A DNA stretch of 45,928 nucleotides from Folioceros fuciformis (taxonomy: Eukaryota), in assembly GCA_049999805.1 (NCBI GenBank), contig JBNGIO010006265.1, positions 309,711 to 355,638 of the forward strand. Reading direction: 5' to 3'. Position 1 is the first letter of the stretch; each line of letters starts with the position of its first letter. The position numbers and the translations under genes are program-made. Below, in pieces: positions 26,823-37,530 of this stretch. The notes beneath the pieces were generated by a model that did no database searches, was not told the DNA's origin, and saw nothing but the letters and a program-made list of their open reading frames with translations.

Positions 26823-29800
26823 ATGGCTGCCGTGCCAGTGGAGGATGCTGTGGCTGCGTTATCCACTTTCTCGTTGGAGGTCGGTTTGCATTCTCTCACC
26901 GATTGGGTCCTATCGCAATGCATGCCTGTCTTGCATTTGTACAGTGCAGCACTGGCTTCCAGCACCATTAGAGTAGCTATACTCAGGCCACAAAGCTCCG
27001 AGGATACTTGTTCCATGACGACGAAGCATCACCTCAATGCGAGTTGTGTTGTTGCATCTTTGAACAAGTGTTGTCCTTTGGGCCTGTTTTCAGGATGACC
27101 AGCCAGGTATCCAGGGTTTGGCTGCGACATTGTCGTGTGGAAAGACTGCTTCTGAAAGCCCAATTGGTACTCAGCAACGCTCCACCTGCGGTCATCCTCG
27201 GAGTTTTGGTTGAGTTGCCAAGTGCAGGGATTTGTGAGAAACTGATTGATTGTGTTGGGAACCTGTGTTATTCAGGTTATGAGGATGTCCATGCCTATCG
27301 GTTAAGTTTGTCAGAGGACACCAAGGCCATCAACCATTTGGTTCGTGCTCAATCCTTCGTCCCTGGAATCTTTTTTCTCATGTCCGTCAGCATTGTGTAG
27401 CGTATGACTTTTCTTCTTATGTTCTGTCAACAGGAGACGCTCATTTTGGAAGGGAAGGAAATGATTTCCGTTCTTTACACCTACAGGAGTTGTGTGAAAG
27501 CTTTACCTCAGGTTTGTGCTTAACACAAAAAAACGTTTAGCAAGGCTGGTTTGTAATAAGAGTTGGTCCAAATTACACCTCCGTAGACAAGCTCGAAAGG
27601 TCCTTTCATTGGAAACCTTGTGTTCTTGCAGCTGCCGGACTCAATGAAACAAAGTCAAGGGGACTTGTATTTGGAAACCTATCAAGTTCTTGACATTGAG
27701 ATTGGACGCCTTCGTGAGATTCAGGTCTGGCAGGCAGCAGCTGCATCCAAGGCAAGTTTCATCTGTAGTGCTGTCTCCCAGCCCATTCCTCTTTTCAACC
27801 TTGTGGGGAACGCTGCTCCCCTCAAGCAAAACCGCTATTCACTTGATAGAAGCAACTGCACCTCTTCCTAACTTCAGGTGTTCATGCCTGGATTACGTTT
27901 CTCGTTTGCCCATGGGTCCCACTGTGATCTACAGGCAATATTGATCAGCTTCCTTGTCTTGCAGTTGGCATCTGACATGCACCGATTCTCACGGCCTGAG
28001 CGTCGACTGAATGGTCCAACTGTCACTCATATGTGGTAAGCTGTGGCAATATATCTGGCTTGCATTGTCCCTCTTGTTTTCGTACATGATGACACATACA
28101 CCCTACCTAATCTGTTTCAGGTGCATGATAAAGCTTTTGGACGTACTGCTGCAGCTGGATCATCTGAAGAATGCTAAAGCCAGCATTCCCAACGACTTCT
28201 CTTGGTATAAGAGGTATTTGAAGAATGAACAACCAACTCCTTTCACTTACTAGGACGTTTGCATCCTGTATGTCTCATTGCAATGTCTAGTCGGGTTCCC
28301 AGTCAATGGAGTTGTGTGTTCTGATGCAGAACGTTCACTCAGGTCAGCACGCACTGGCCAGATACTGAGACAATGAGAGAGGAGCTGGATGATCTGCAGG
28401 TTTCAATCTTCCTGGTCTCCTCAACCGCAGAAGTGTACACACGAAATTTCATCAGTCAATGTAGCATTACCAACTCTATGTATGTTCTTGGACAGATGTT
28501 TCTCAGCGCAAGATGGGCAATCCTCTTGAATATTCAAGCTGAGCTGTTCAGGATGAGCAAGTACGTGACTATCTGATTATTGGAGTTATTTTTTTGAACG
28601 GTTTGCACGTGTGGATGAGGTGTCCTTGTCAAGAATGGTTCTAATTCGGTGAGGGATCCCTTTCTTGCTCAGCGTTGAGGATATTCTCCAAGTGCTGATG
28701 CTTTTCTGCTTGGAATCTTTGGAGTCCGATCGAGTGCTTTTCTATTCTGAGAGGCATACCCTTCTTAGAGTTCTGCCTGTGCTCGTTCTACTGGCCACAC
28801 CATCTGAGAAGGACAGTGACTCCTTCTTCAAGAAAGTCAAAGTTGCCCGTCTCATTCGTATATTCAGAGTAAGCTATCTGATAACCTGGTTAACTTCAAG
28901 CATAGGCAAACCTGCAATGGTCACGTTTCTCTTGTAGCTGACATACTGTTTATTATGGGTGTTGTGATTTAGTTGGTGAGCAACTCTTTGTCCTGTTTTC
29001 CAGAGGGACCCCGTGATACCTGCATTTCCAGACCTACATCTCGCTCCTGCAATGATGCTGAAGGAGCTGTCACCATTCTTTCGGAGAGTTGCTGCCCAGA
29101 GTCGCCTGCTAGCACTTCCTGCCCCGCATGAGCTTCCTCCCAAGGATGCTATTGAATATCCACAATGCATATAGTGCCGCGGGGAACGCATAGTCTGGTC
29201 TCCTCCAGTGATTATTTGTTTTACTTTTCTTTGGTGAAAAGAGTGCTGTGTCTTGACCTTAACTATGGTACATACCAGAAAATGTATTCAATTGTACATC
29301 ATATAGCTGCCATAAGAACAGCACATGATGAATACTGCTTGCGGTATGCAGCTGCCCTCAATCAGGTGAAATTTCCACCCAAAGCACATCTATATTCTTG
29401 GGAGCGTGATTGGTAGTTCATAGGGCCACTTTCGTTGAATATTCACCTTTGAAAATGTGCAGCTGCAATTGTACAAGTCTGCAAGAGCCAAGGATGACGT
29501 ATCTGGACCACAGATCAAACAGGAAATGTATCTAGTGATTGTGGAAGGATTTCAACGACTCAGTGATTGGACAGGGCGCATTTGGGAGCAGTGTGCTTGG
29601 AAGTTCTCACGGCCTGCAAAGGATGCTGAGGCGTTGGATCCAGAAACAGACACCCATGTTAGTGACTATGAAAAGGTACAAAAGTCTTTGGTTGCATATA
29701 GCTCAGTGCCGTGGCCCTGCGGCTGGAGTTGGTCGGTACAACCTCAACAGCTAGTGTTGTTTCAAACACAGGTTGTCCGATACAATTATTCTCCATCAGA

Positions 29801-32800
29801 GAGAAAAGCATTACTAGAGCTCACAAGCTACATCAAAGGAGTGGGCACAATGATGGAGCAAATAGACACATTTGTGGCGGACACAATTTGGGAAACCGTG
29901 CATGCCCAGATTCAAGATTTCGTGCAGAACAAGTTTTCAATCATGTTACGGACGTCATTCAAGAAGAAGAAGGACATCTCCAGGTCGCTGCTAATGGTGG
30001 CATTCAGTTCTCTTTGAGGTTGCTCACGCATTACTCTTGCACAGCTGGGAGGATTTTCCTAACTAGTACTTGGAACAGGATCCTGACAGATATGCGCACA
30101 ATAGCAGCTGATTTGGTAGGGAAAGCCAGTAAGGAAACTGAACAGTCTGCTGACAAGAAAACAAGGGAAGATGCTGACGGTCTTGCGACCTTCCTTCCTC
30201 GTCCAGCTCCTCCTACGGCAGCTCAGGTGTGTACACGTCGAGTCATGTTGGTTCACCACGCCAGGACTAGAATGTATCACTGAATGCCCAGATCTGTCCC
30301 ATGCAGCTGCACTGTCTACAGTTTCTTATCCATGAGCTAGTTTCGGGAGGTTCCCCAAAGAAGGCAGGAGGATTTTTTGGCAGTAATGACACAGAGATTC
30401 CGGCTGCTGACATGAGGCAGTTAGAAGCTTTTTTCAACAAACTTGTGTTCTTACCTCACATCCTTGACTACAGAGGTAGCTTTTTATGTCTTGCGTTTTA
30501 GCCGATGAGCTGACCATTCGTGGGTTGGTCAATCTGTGACTGCTGTATGTGGACGCGTGAATGCAGCAACCTTAGGACACGTTACAGACTTGGGCTTCCT
30601 GTGGTTCAGAGAGTTCTATCTAGAAACTTCTCGTGTTATTCAGGTGAGTCTGGTCATCAGTAACTGAGATGAGTCAACTGCTTAGCATTCCTATCCTCAC
30701 CCACATCTAGTAACCAAAATGCATTCGGGTGGTCAGTTCCCCATTGAGTGCTCCCTTCCCTGGATGTTGGTGGACCACATTATTGAGTCAGAAGACACTG
30801 GGTTGCTGGAGTGCCTACTCATGCCTTTTGACATCTACAATGACTCTGCGGATTATGCACTTCGGAGCTTGAAGCAACGGTTTCTGTACGATGAGATAGA
30901 AGCTGAGGTATCTGTATTTTGTTTGCCTGGCACTTCTACATGTGGGTGAACAGAGTGGCATTTTTCGTGGGCTTGAAGTTCTATTCTGCAGGTGGACTTG
31001 TGTTTCGATCAACTGGTATTCAAGCTGAGTGATCACATGTTCGCCTACTACAAAAGTCGTGCAGCAAGGTACTGTGCAAGCTTTTCCTTTGGGTCCNNNN
31101 NNNNNNNNNNNNNNNNNNNNNNNNNNNNNNNNNNNNNNNNNNNNNNNNNNNNNNNNNNNNNNNNNNNNNNNNNNNNNNNNNNNNNNNNNNNNNNNNTGAC
31201 AGAGCAGAGGTGACCAAAACAGAGTTTTGTTTTTTGTCACGTGGGGTTATGCAGTAAATTGCTCGATCCAAGTTTCCTTTCGGTGTTAGAGAACCGCCAA
31301 AAGTATCTTGTTTTCCCAAGACGCTATGACGTACTGTTTAAAGTGCGACGAGTGAAGGTCAAGGATTTCCTCTCAAGTTGTCTTTTTATAAATAATGTTA
31401 AGATAAATCCATGGCGTGGAATCGTGCTGAAGTTCTCTTGTTTGCAGCTCCTTGGCAGAACAATTGACTTAGCCTTTCTCATTGCTCAACGCTTGAACAA
31501 AGTCTTCAGAGAAAACCTGGACTTCTTGCTGGAACGCTTTGAGGCACATGACCTTTGCTCTATCGTGGTATGCTGCATTGTACCAAGTTGTTTCAGCATT
31601 TCAGAGAGCAATGGAGGACTTTGCCACCAAGTATCTCTCCTGTTTTCTGACTTGCTCTCTCTTGTTTGTTGGGATATCAGGAGCTCCAAAACCTTATTGA
31701 AATTTTGAGGCTCACGCACGAATTGTTAGCAGAGCACCTGAACCTCGACCCATTCAAGGCTATCTTTAGTGAAATGGCTGAGAACATCTCTCTCGTGTCC
31801 TTTTCAGGACGAATAGCTACTCAGGTAGCATGGCAGCATTCTGAACTCGGTTTCTGATTTTTTTAAGCAGTTCACTCAAATAAATCGGATAGTATGCTTT
31901 GAACTATCATCTGACTGCCGTTTGACAGGTCTTTCTCGAAATGCAAAATGACTTCTTGCCCAACTTCAATTTGTGCAACACGACTCAAAGGTTTATCCGA
32001 TCCCCAAAGGCATGTCAACGACCAGTGAAGCGACCTGCCTTTGTCCACGCAAGTCCCAGCTTCCTCTGTGGCACAACGGTGAGCAGCTTTTTGGCATATC
32101 CTGTTTTGTACCAGGGCAGCGTTTTGGATTATCCTGTTTTGTACCAGGCTGCGTAGACAATGTGTCACCGTCTCTGGTTTTGCGAACAGGATCTCAACCA
32201 GGCGCATGCAGCACTTGCAGAACTTTATGGCAAATTCTTTGGCTTGCCTCATATGTTGGCAATCGTCAAGCTGTTGGGGTCTCGTTCTATTCCTTGGCTG
32301 GTCCGAGCTTTGCTTGACCACTTATCTCAAAAGGCATGTTGAACTGCTCTTGGCCTCTTGTTCTGACTACTACTGTCAAGTATGACGACAAGCGATTTAA
32401 GTTGTTTTCAAATTCTTCCAGGTTACAGGTACTTTGGAACCAATCATTACTGAGATACGTGCCTCCCTTCCTAAAGCCATCAGTGTTCCTCCATCCGAGG
32501 TGGGCGTCGCAGGTGAGTTCTATGTGTAAGTTCCTGGGCTTGACTTTGCAGTGCACCATTTGAGAATGAAGTCAACGCTGCGAAAATATAATATTGCTGA
32601 AGGCGAAAATTTCCTTCCTGTCGTCTTGCAGGTTGTTTTCACATTCTGAAAGATCAGCTGCAGTGGGCGACTAACTATGATGGGAAGGTTGAAGCACTTC
32701 AGTGCTGCAAAGAAATAGGAAGCATTGTTGTTTGGATCAGCCTTCTTGACACTGCCATGGTGGGTACATGTAGCCCAGAGTCGTGCACGGCGGATCAGCT

Positions 32801-33996
32801 CACTTTTTGTAGAAGCCTATTGATCAGTTCTTTTGACCTCTCATGCAGCGTGAGGTCGAAACCAGCTGGTTCATGCAAGTTGCACCTTGGCTTGGTGTTG
32901 TTCCTGGAAGTGAAGGCCAAATGCAGCAACTTCTGGCTGATGATGGTCATAGCCCACTTGTCAGCCTCTTCAAAAAAGCAACACAAATAGTTGTTGCAAA
33001 TACAGCAACTCTATGTCCTCCCACATCTGCAGCAATAGCGAAGCAAGCGGAAGTTGCAGGTATATGTTGCATGTCTCACGGGTTTATGTCCCACATGTGT
33101 GATTAGGTTCTCTGAAGCTGTTCTATGCTCCTTTTTTATGGACCACATTGATGCTGTGCGAGACTTTTTGGTGACCGTGTTGATGCTGTGGCAGATTTGC
33201 TTTATATGAACAACCTTCAAACAGGCAGTATACTTGATTACACACTGGCCTACCTCAGCGCGGTTTTGGATTCCATCCGCGGGAAATTTAATGCACCCAC
33301 CAAAACGGGACTCATAGAGATAACAAGTACGAAGGAGTTTCACCGGGTGTTCAGTGGCCTTCAGTTTGTAAGTTCCTGGGCTCTTGTTCCATGAATCTAT
33401 CTGCACGCTTGTATCAACTGGGACGAGCCCTGATTAGAATCTCCAATGCAGGTGTATTGTGGGCAACCAATTGGAGAGGTAGACTCTAATGCAGATCGCT
33501 TCGGAGATGGGGTCGCATGGGGAGGGTGTACCGTAATGTATCTCCTTGGGCAGCATCTGCGATTTGAGCTCCTCGATTTTATCTACCATCTCCTGAACGT
33601 GGCTGACGCAGAGGCCCTGTCCATCACACAAACGATGCTTATTGATAGGAAACAGACTGCTCCTTACGACAATGTAAAGGGCTTCCTGCCTCTCCACCTC
33701 AGCTCAAGTTTTTCCTGTCAAGAGCTTCTGTGGGATGCTGACCTCAGCAGACCTTGCAGCCCTGACACATACATTTGATGTTTCGTTCTCAGGATTTGAC
33801 AGGTTTCTTGGAGAATGCCAAGAGATGTAGAAGGCTCAACAGCCATGTACTTTCAGTGCTACGGGCCCGATCTCCAAACGAGGACAAAGCGGCATGTCTA
33901 GTGAAACAGAGCGGTACTGTTGTCCATAGGATCAAGTATCCGACGACCCCGTCAGCATTCGATAATCTACCATTGAAAGGTCAGGCTTTCGCTTAA
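26823..33996 (+). CDS. PIR: PIR/SRA1/PIROGI (CYFIP homologue, SCAR/WAVE complex subunit), roughly 30 exons
   Basis: Motifs MAAVPVEDAVAALSTFSLE, LYTYRSCVKALPQLPDSMKQSQ, LKNAKASIPNDFSWYKR, DLGFLWFREFYLE, FPIECSLPWMLVDH, LKQRFLYDEIEAEVDLCFDQLV and FGDGVAWGGCT; stop TAA ending 33996. Confidence 0.96.
29156..29271 (+). other. U12-type (minor spliceosome) AT-AC intron within PIR
   Basis: 5' end ATATCCAC, branch-site-like ACCTTAAC at 29256-29263, and 3' end AC. Removal joins PAPHELPPKDAI-E-YQKMYSIVHHI in frame. Confidence 0.85.
31097..31196. other. Assembly gap (100 N) inside a PIR intron
   Basis: Run of 100 N between the exon ending KSRAA and the exon beginning KLLDPSF. Confidence 1.
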
Positions 33997-34600
33997 CTAA
34001 GGAGCACTGGGCTTAACCAAGCTCTGTATGAGAGCTTAGCCATTGATATGTACTAAGCTCGCGAGGGATTTCTGTTTCTGCAGAAGGAACTTCAGCTTCT
34101 CTAAGCAGTTATGATGAGGAACCCTTCAGTTAAGCGGAGGACACAACTTTCTCCGCCTATTGTGGCTGTACTGCTGAGCCCTCCTTGGAGTGGCGCTGGC
34201 AAGGCTGTATATCTGGGGATTTCTGCAGTCTTGATGTGCAGTGATCTTTGTACTTTTTCTTGGTTTCTATCCAAGAGCTGACATTTTTTTACACGAGGTC
34301 CAATCGTTGCACTTTCTCTTGGGACCACCCAACGAATGATGCTGCCTTCATGCCAGCCGCTAACGCCATAATCCCAGCGTATGGCAAATAGACATTATGG
34401 GAATTGAAACTAATAGAAAGGGTTGTGTTCTTGTATGAACGTTTAAAGGTGTCTAACTTATAAGGCACCTTGTCTGATGTCTAATGCTCTATACTAATTT
34501 CAATACCAAAATTAACTTTATGGGTGTTGAAATTAACTTAAAGCATTAGATATCCATTAGCCACAAGATGCTCATACAAATCCCTACATATAAATATCTA

Positions 34601-35482
34601 CTACAAGAAGAAATCATCTACTGTATCATGAGATCGCCTATCTTCAAGTAGCCCTAAAGTGGTAGGAAGAAGCTCAACCGTCTTAAGGGTGGAAGGTTGC
34701 AACTTGAAACTCCTGCTTGCTCCAATCCCATTAGAAGGAAACCCAAGAGATGAAGGCACATTGAGTATTCCTGCTCTCTGCCTTTTGGAAGAGGTGTTGT
34801 CATCTAGTTGTTTTATCCTTTTTTGAGAAAAATCACTTCGTGCTATTTCTTCCAACTTGTTGGCACTCATATCACTTTGCACAGGAAGCCCACCCTTGAT
34901 CATTCTATCGCATAGAGCATTTTCAATAGATTTAGAAGTGCTTGGAGTAGTAGATCCTAGAGCACTAGTATCCAAGTTTGTGGTTGTGCTATTAATTTTC
35001 TTGGAAAGAATGAATGTTTCAGCTGCTTCTTGCGTCGCCCATCCTAGAAGGACACAAGGACGGCCATTATAAGTTGTACTTGTCACCAAATGTCCTGGAT
35101 GATTCTCCATATGTGGTATTTTCCATTGGAAGGAACTAGCAAGCTCATGAGCATACTCTTTGAGTTCAGGATAATGCTCTCTAACATACTTGGTCAATTG
35201 ATCTGTAGAAGAGAATTTTTGAGAATGTTCTTCTGATTTAAGAAATGCCCTAGGCGCTATGAGGGGCACATTAAAATAATAGCCATTTTTGGTAGATTTA
35301 GCTCTAGGACTCTGAACAATCCGCATCCATTTGTCATCCTTTCCCGGAAATGGTTTGGGTGCATAAGGGTACCCTTCCCAAGTTTCATCCAACTCCAATA
35401 GCGGCAATTCTTGACCTTGAGCATCAAAACTAGGGAATGCCCTATCTTCATTCTTGCGCAATTTACGTGGAATCGGAGCCAT
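34601..35482 (-). CDS. 293-aa protein with a divergent MBD-like N-terminal domain; paralog A of an inverted pair
   Basis: Intact single-exon ORF with 67 of the first 100 residues identical (hand count) to the 37531-38424 ORF. The motif W.R.V...YY..P...KFSSTDQLTKYVREHYPE...LASSFQWKIP recalls plant MBD domains; the domain call is tentative. Confidence 0.7.
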   Translation of the reverse strand: MAPIPRKLRKNEDRAFPSFDAQGQELPLLELDETWEGYPYAPKPFPGKDDKWMRIVQSPRAKSTKNGYYFNVPLIAPRAFLKSEEHSQKFSSTDQLTKYVREHYPELKEYAHELASSFQWKIPHMENHPGHLVTSTTYNGRPCVLLGWATQEAAETFILSKKINSTTTNLDTSALGSTTPSTSKSIENALCDRMIKGGLPVQSDMSANKLEEIARSDFSQKRIKQLDDNTSSKRQRAGILNVPSSLGFPSNGIGASRSFKLQPSTLKTVELLPTTLGLLEDRRSHDTVDDFFL

Positions 35483-35997
35483 GATGGAAACGGAATGTGA
35501 ACTTACACAATCCTACATCATAAAAAAAAAAAATTGGTTAGATTGGGCTTCATGAATGAAAAAGTTTCAAAATCACAAGCATAAGAACTCACTCTTCATC
35601 ACAAAACTCTCACATTCTTCTAAAAGTGTGCCTAGAGCAAATAAAGCAATTCTAGCATGCAAAGCTCTGCAATAACCTAACGCAACTTTGCACAAGCTTA
35701 GGTCACTAGAAATGATTTCCCACCTAGAATCCAAAGAGTAATTAAACTCTTATGTTGGGACACTATCTCATAGGTTGGTTCAAGAGTTCATGTATTTGAT
35801 TCTTGATTCATACACTTATTGTCTTTATTTATTAGATCGTAGTACACATATATAGTTGCTAGTACAATAGTTTCGCGATAGCAACAGCTCATGTACTTCT
35901 TATGGTGTGTTTAGGGTTTAGGGTCTCAAGAATACAAAGGCTCATCTTCTTCATAGTTTGATTCACGCGCAGTCATATCGCATATTTATTGATATAG

Positions 35998-36223
35998 TCA
36001 TAGACCCCTTGGATTCTCTTGTGCCCTTTGCGTAGCTAGGCGTGGGTTTAGGTCATTATAGATTCATAGACCCTTGGATTCTTATAAGCCTTTGGGTAGC
36101 TAAGCATGGGTTTAGGCCATTACCGACTCATAGACCCCTCGAATTCTTGTGTGCCCTTTGGGTAGCTAAGAATGGGTTTAGGCCATTATAGACTCATAGA
36201 CCCCATAGCTAAGCATGGGTTTA
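35998..36223 (+). repeat. Tandem array of ~65-bp units (3 full + 1 truncated)
   Basis: Units start TCATAGACCC at 35998, 36064, 36128 and 36194. Each contains a TAGCTA...TGGGTTTA(GG) core. Confidence 0.9.
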
Positions 36224-36366
36224 CATAGATGCAATCTAGTGTGACACCAGTGCTTATATGTTTTGTGATAATGTCTTTCATCATGCATTCCATTTAACAT
36301 CTCTCATCACGTTCTTGACAGCCTCCTCACTTATTCCTCATTGTCATGCCTTTAGCCTCTTTGTTT

Positions 36367-36669
36367 TCAAACCCTAGTTTTTGAATGGGAGCGTCAAAGC
36401 CTAGTTTGAATGGCATTATCAAACCCTAGTTTGAATGGGAGCGTCAAACTCCAGTTTGAATGGCAGTGTCAAACCCTAGTTTGAATGGGAGCCTCAAACC
36501 CTAGTTTGAATGTCAAGTGTCAAACCCTAGTTTGAATAGGAGCGTCAAACCCTAGTTTGAATGACAGTGTCAAACCCTAGTTTGAATAGGAGCATCAAAC
36601 CCTAGTTTGAATGGCAGTGTCAAACCCTAGTTTGAATAGGAGCATCAAACCCTCATTTAAGTGGGAGCC
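36367..36669 (+). repeat. Tandem array of twelve ~25-bp monomers, each with the palindrome TCAAAC-CCTA-GTTTGA, alternating as a 50-bp dimer
   Basis: Monomers start at 36367, 36394, 36419, 36444, 36469, 36494, 36520, 36545, 36570, 36595, 36620 and 36645. Tails alternate between ATRGGAGCN and ATGGCAGTG-like sequences. Confidence 0.95.
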
Positions 36670-37530
36670 ATTGGGATTGTATTTGCAACACTAGAGATTG
36701 CAACTTATTGTTTATATAATGTGGTACAAAAACAAGTTAATCCAAAAAGCTCCTTATCATTATGCCATAAAGGAAGCTAGGACTTTCATGAGTATGAAAG
36801 ATTGCTTGACTGGTTGTTGATATGTCTTTAGAGATTGTCTAGATGTGTGAATCAAAACATTAAGAAAATAACCTTCTCATAATCTTGAGGTTATGTGAGT
36901 CAAAATTATTTTAAGCATAATACATGCACCAGCGTCGAATACATACCTTTGGTTTTCGAAAAACTAATGAATTTACATCTATATATGTAGCTCAGTCTCA
37001 TGCCAAATGAGACTTTCCATCTCTTTTTGAGTGATAGAAGAATTGGCATGAGACTTTCCATCTCTTTTTGAGTGATAGAAGAACACTCTCAGTCATGTGA
37101 ATCGAATACAAGTACATCAACTCTTGTGATGAGATTTTGCCCTATGTGAGTCCCCTACAAGAGTTTAATTAGTATTTGGAGTTTAGGTGGGGAATCATGT
37201 CATGTGTAGTGATGAGAAGCATAATTTCTTGTTGCACATGTCTTTCTAACCTTGTATCTCATGCTAATGTCTTGATGTCCTTATATCTTTTTGCGTAGGT
37301 CTGCATGACCTTTTTCCTCCTTGCAAATCTTGATGAGATAACCTTGTGTTCTACTCCTTTAGGTTGTTATACAGTTTTAAATGCTAGAATTATGATATGT
37401 GATCTTTGCAATTGTGGGAGTTCTTAATGTTATGCATGCATTTGGGATAAGGTGGTCGATGAAGCTAACTTAATATATAATTTTATTTTTATGATGTAGG
37501 TTTGTGTGAATTTATAGTTCCATTTCCATC

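Noticed and set aside
32089-32148. ~32-bp tandem duplication in a PIR intron
   Set aside because: A local slippage duplication with no evident effect on splicing.
36367-36669. CRISPR array (palindromic repeats with intervening sequence)
   Set aside because: The linkers are only ~9 nt and alternate between two types rather than being unique 25-45 nt spacers. There are no cas genes and the context is eukaryotic.
35704-37210. CACTA element defined by CACTA at ~35704 and TAGTG at ~37206
   Set aside because: Both motifs lie inside the longer inverted duplication, whose similarity continues outward into the ORFs, and no 3-bp TSD is evident.
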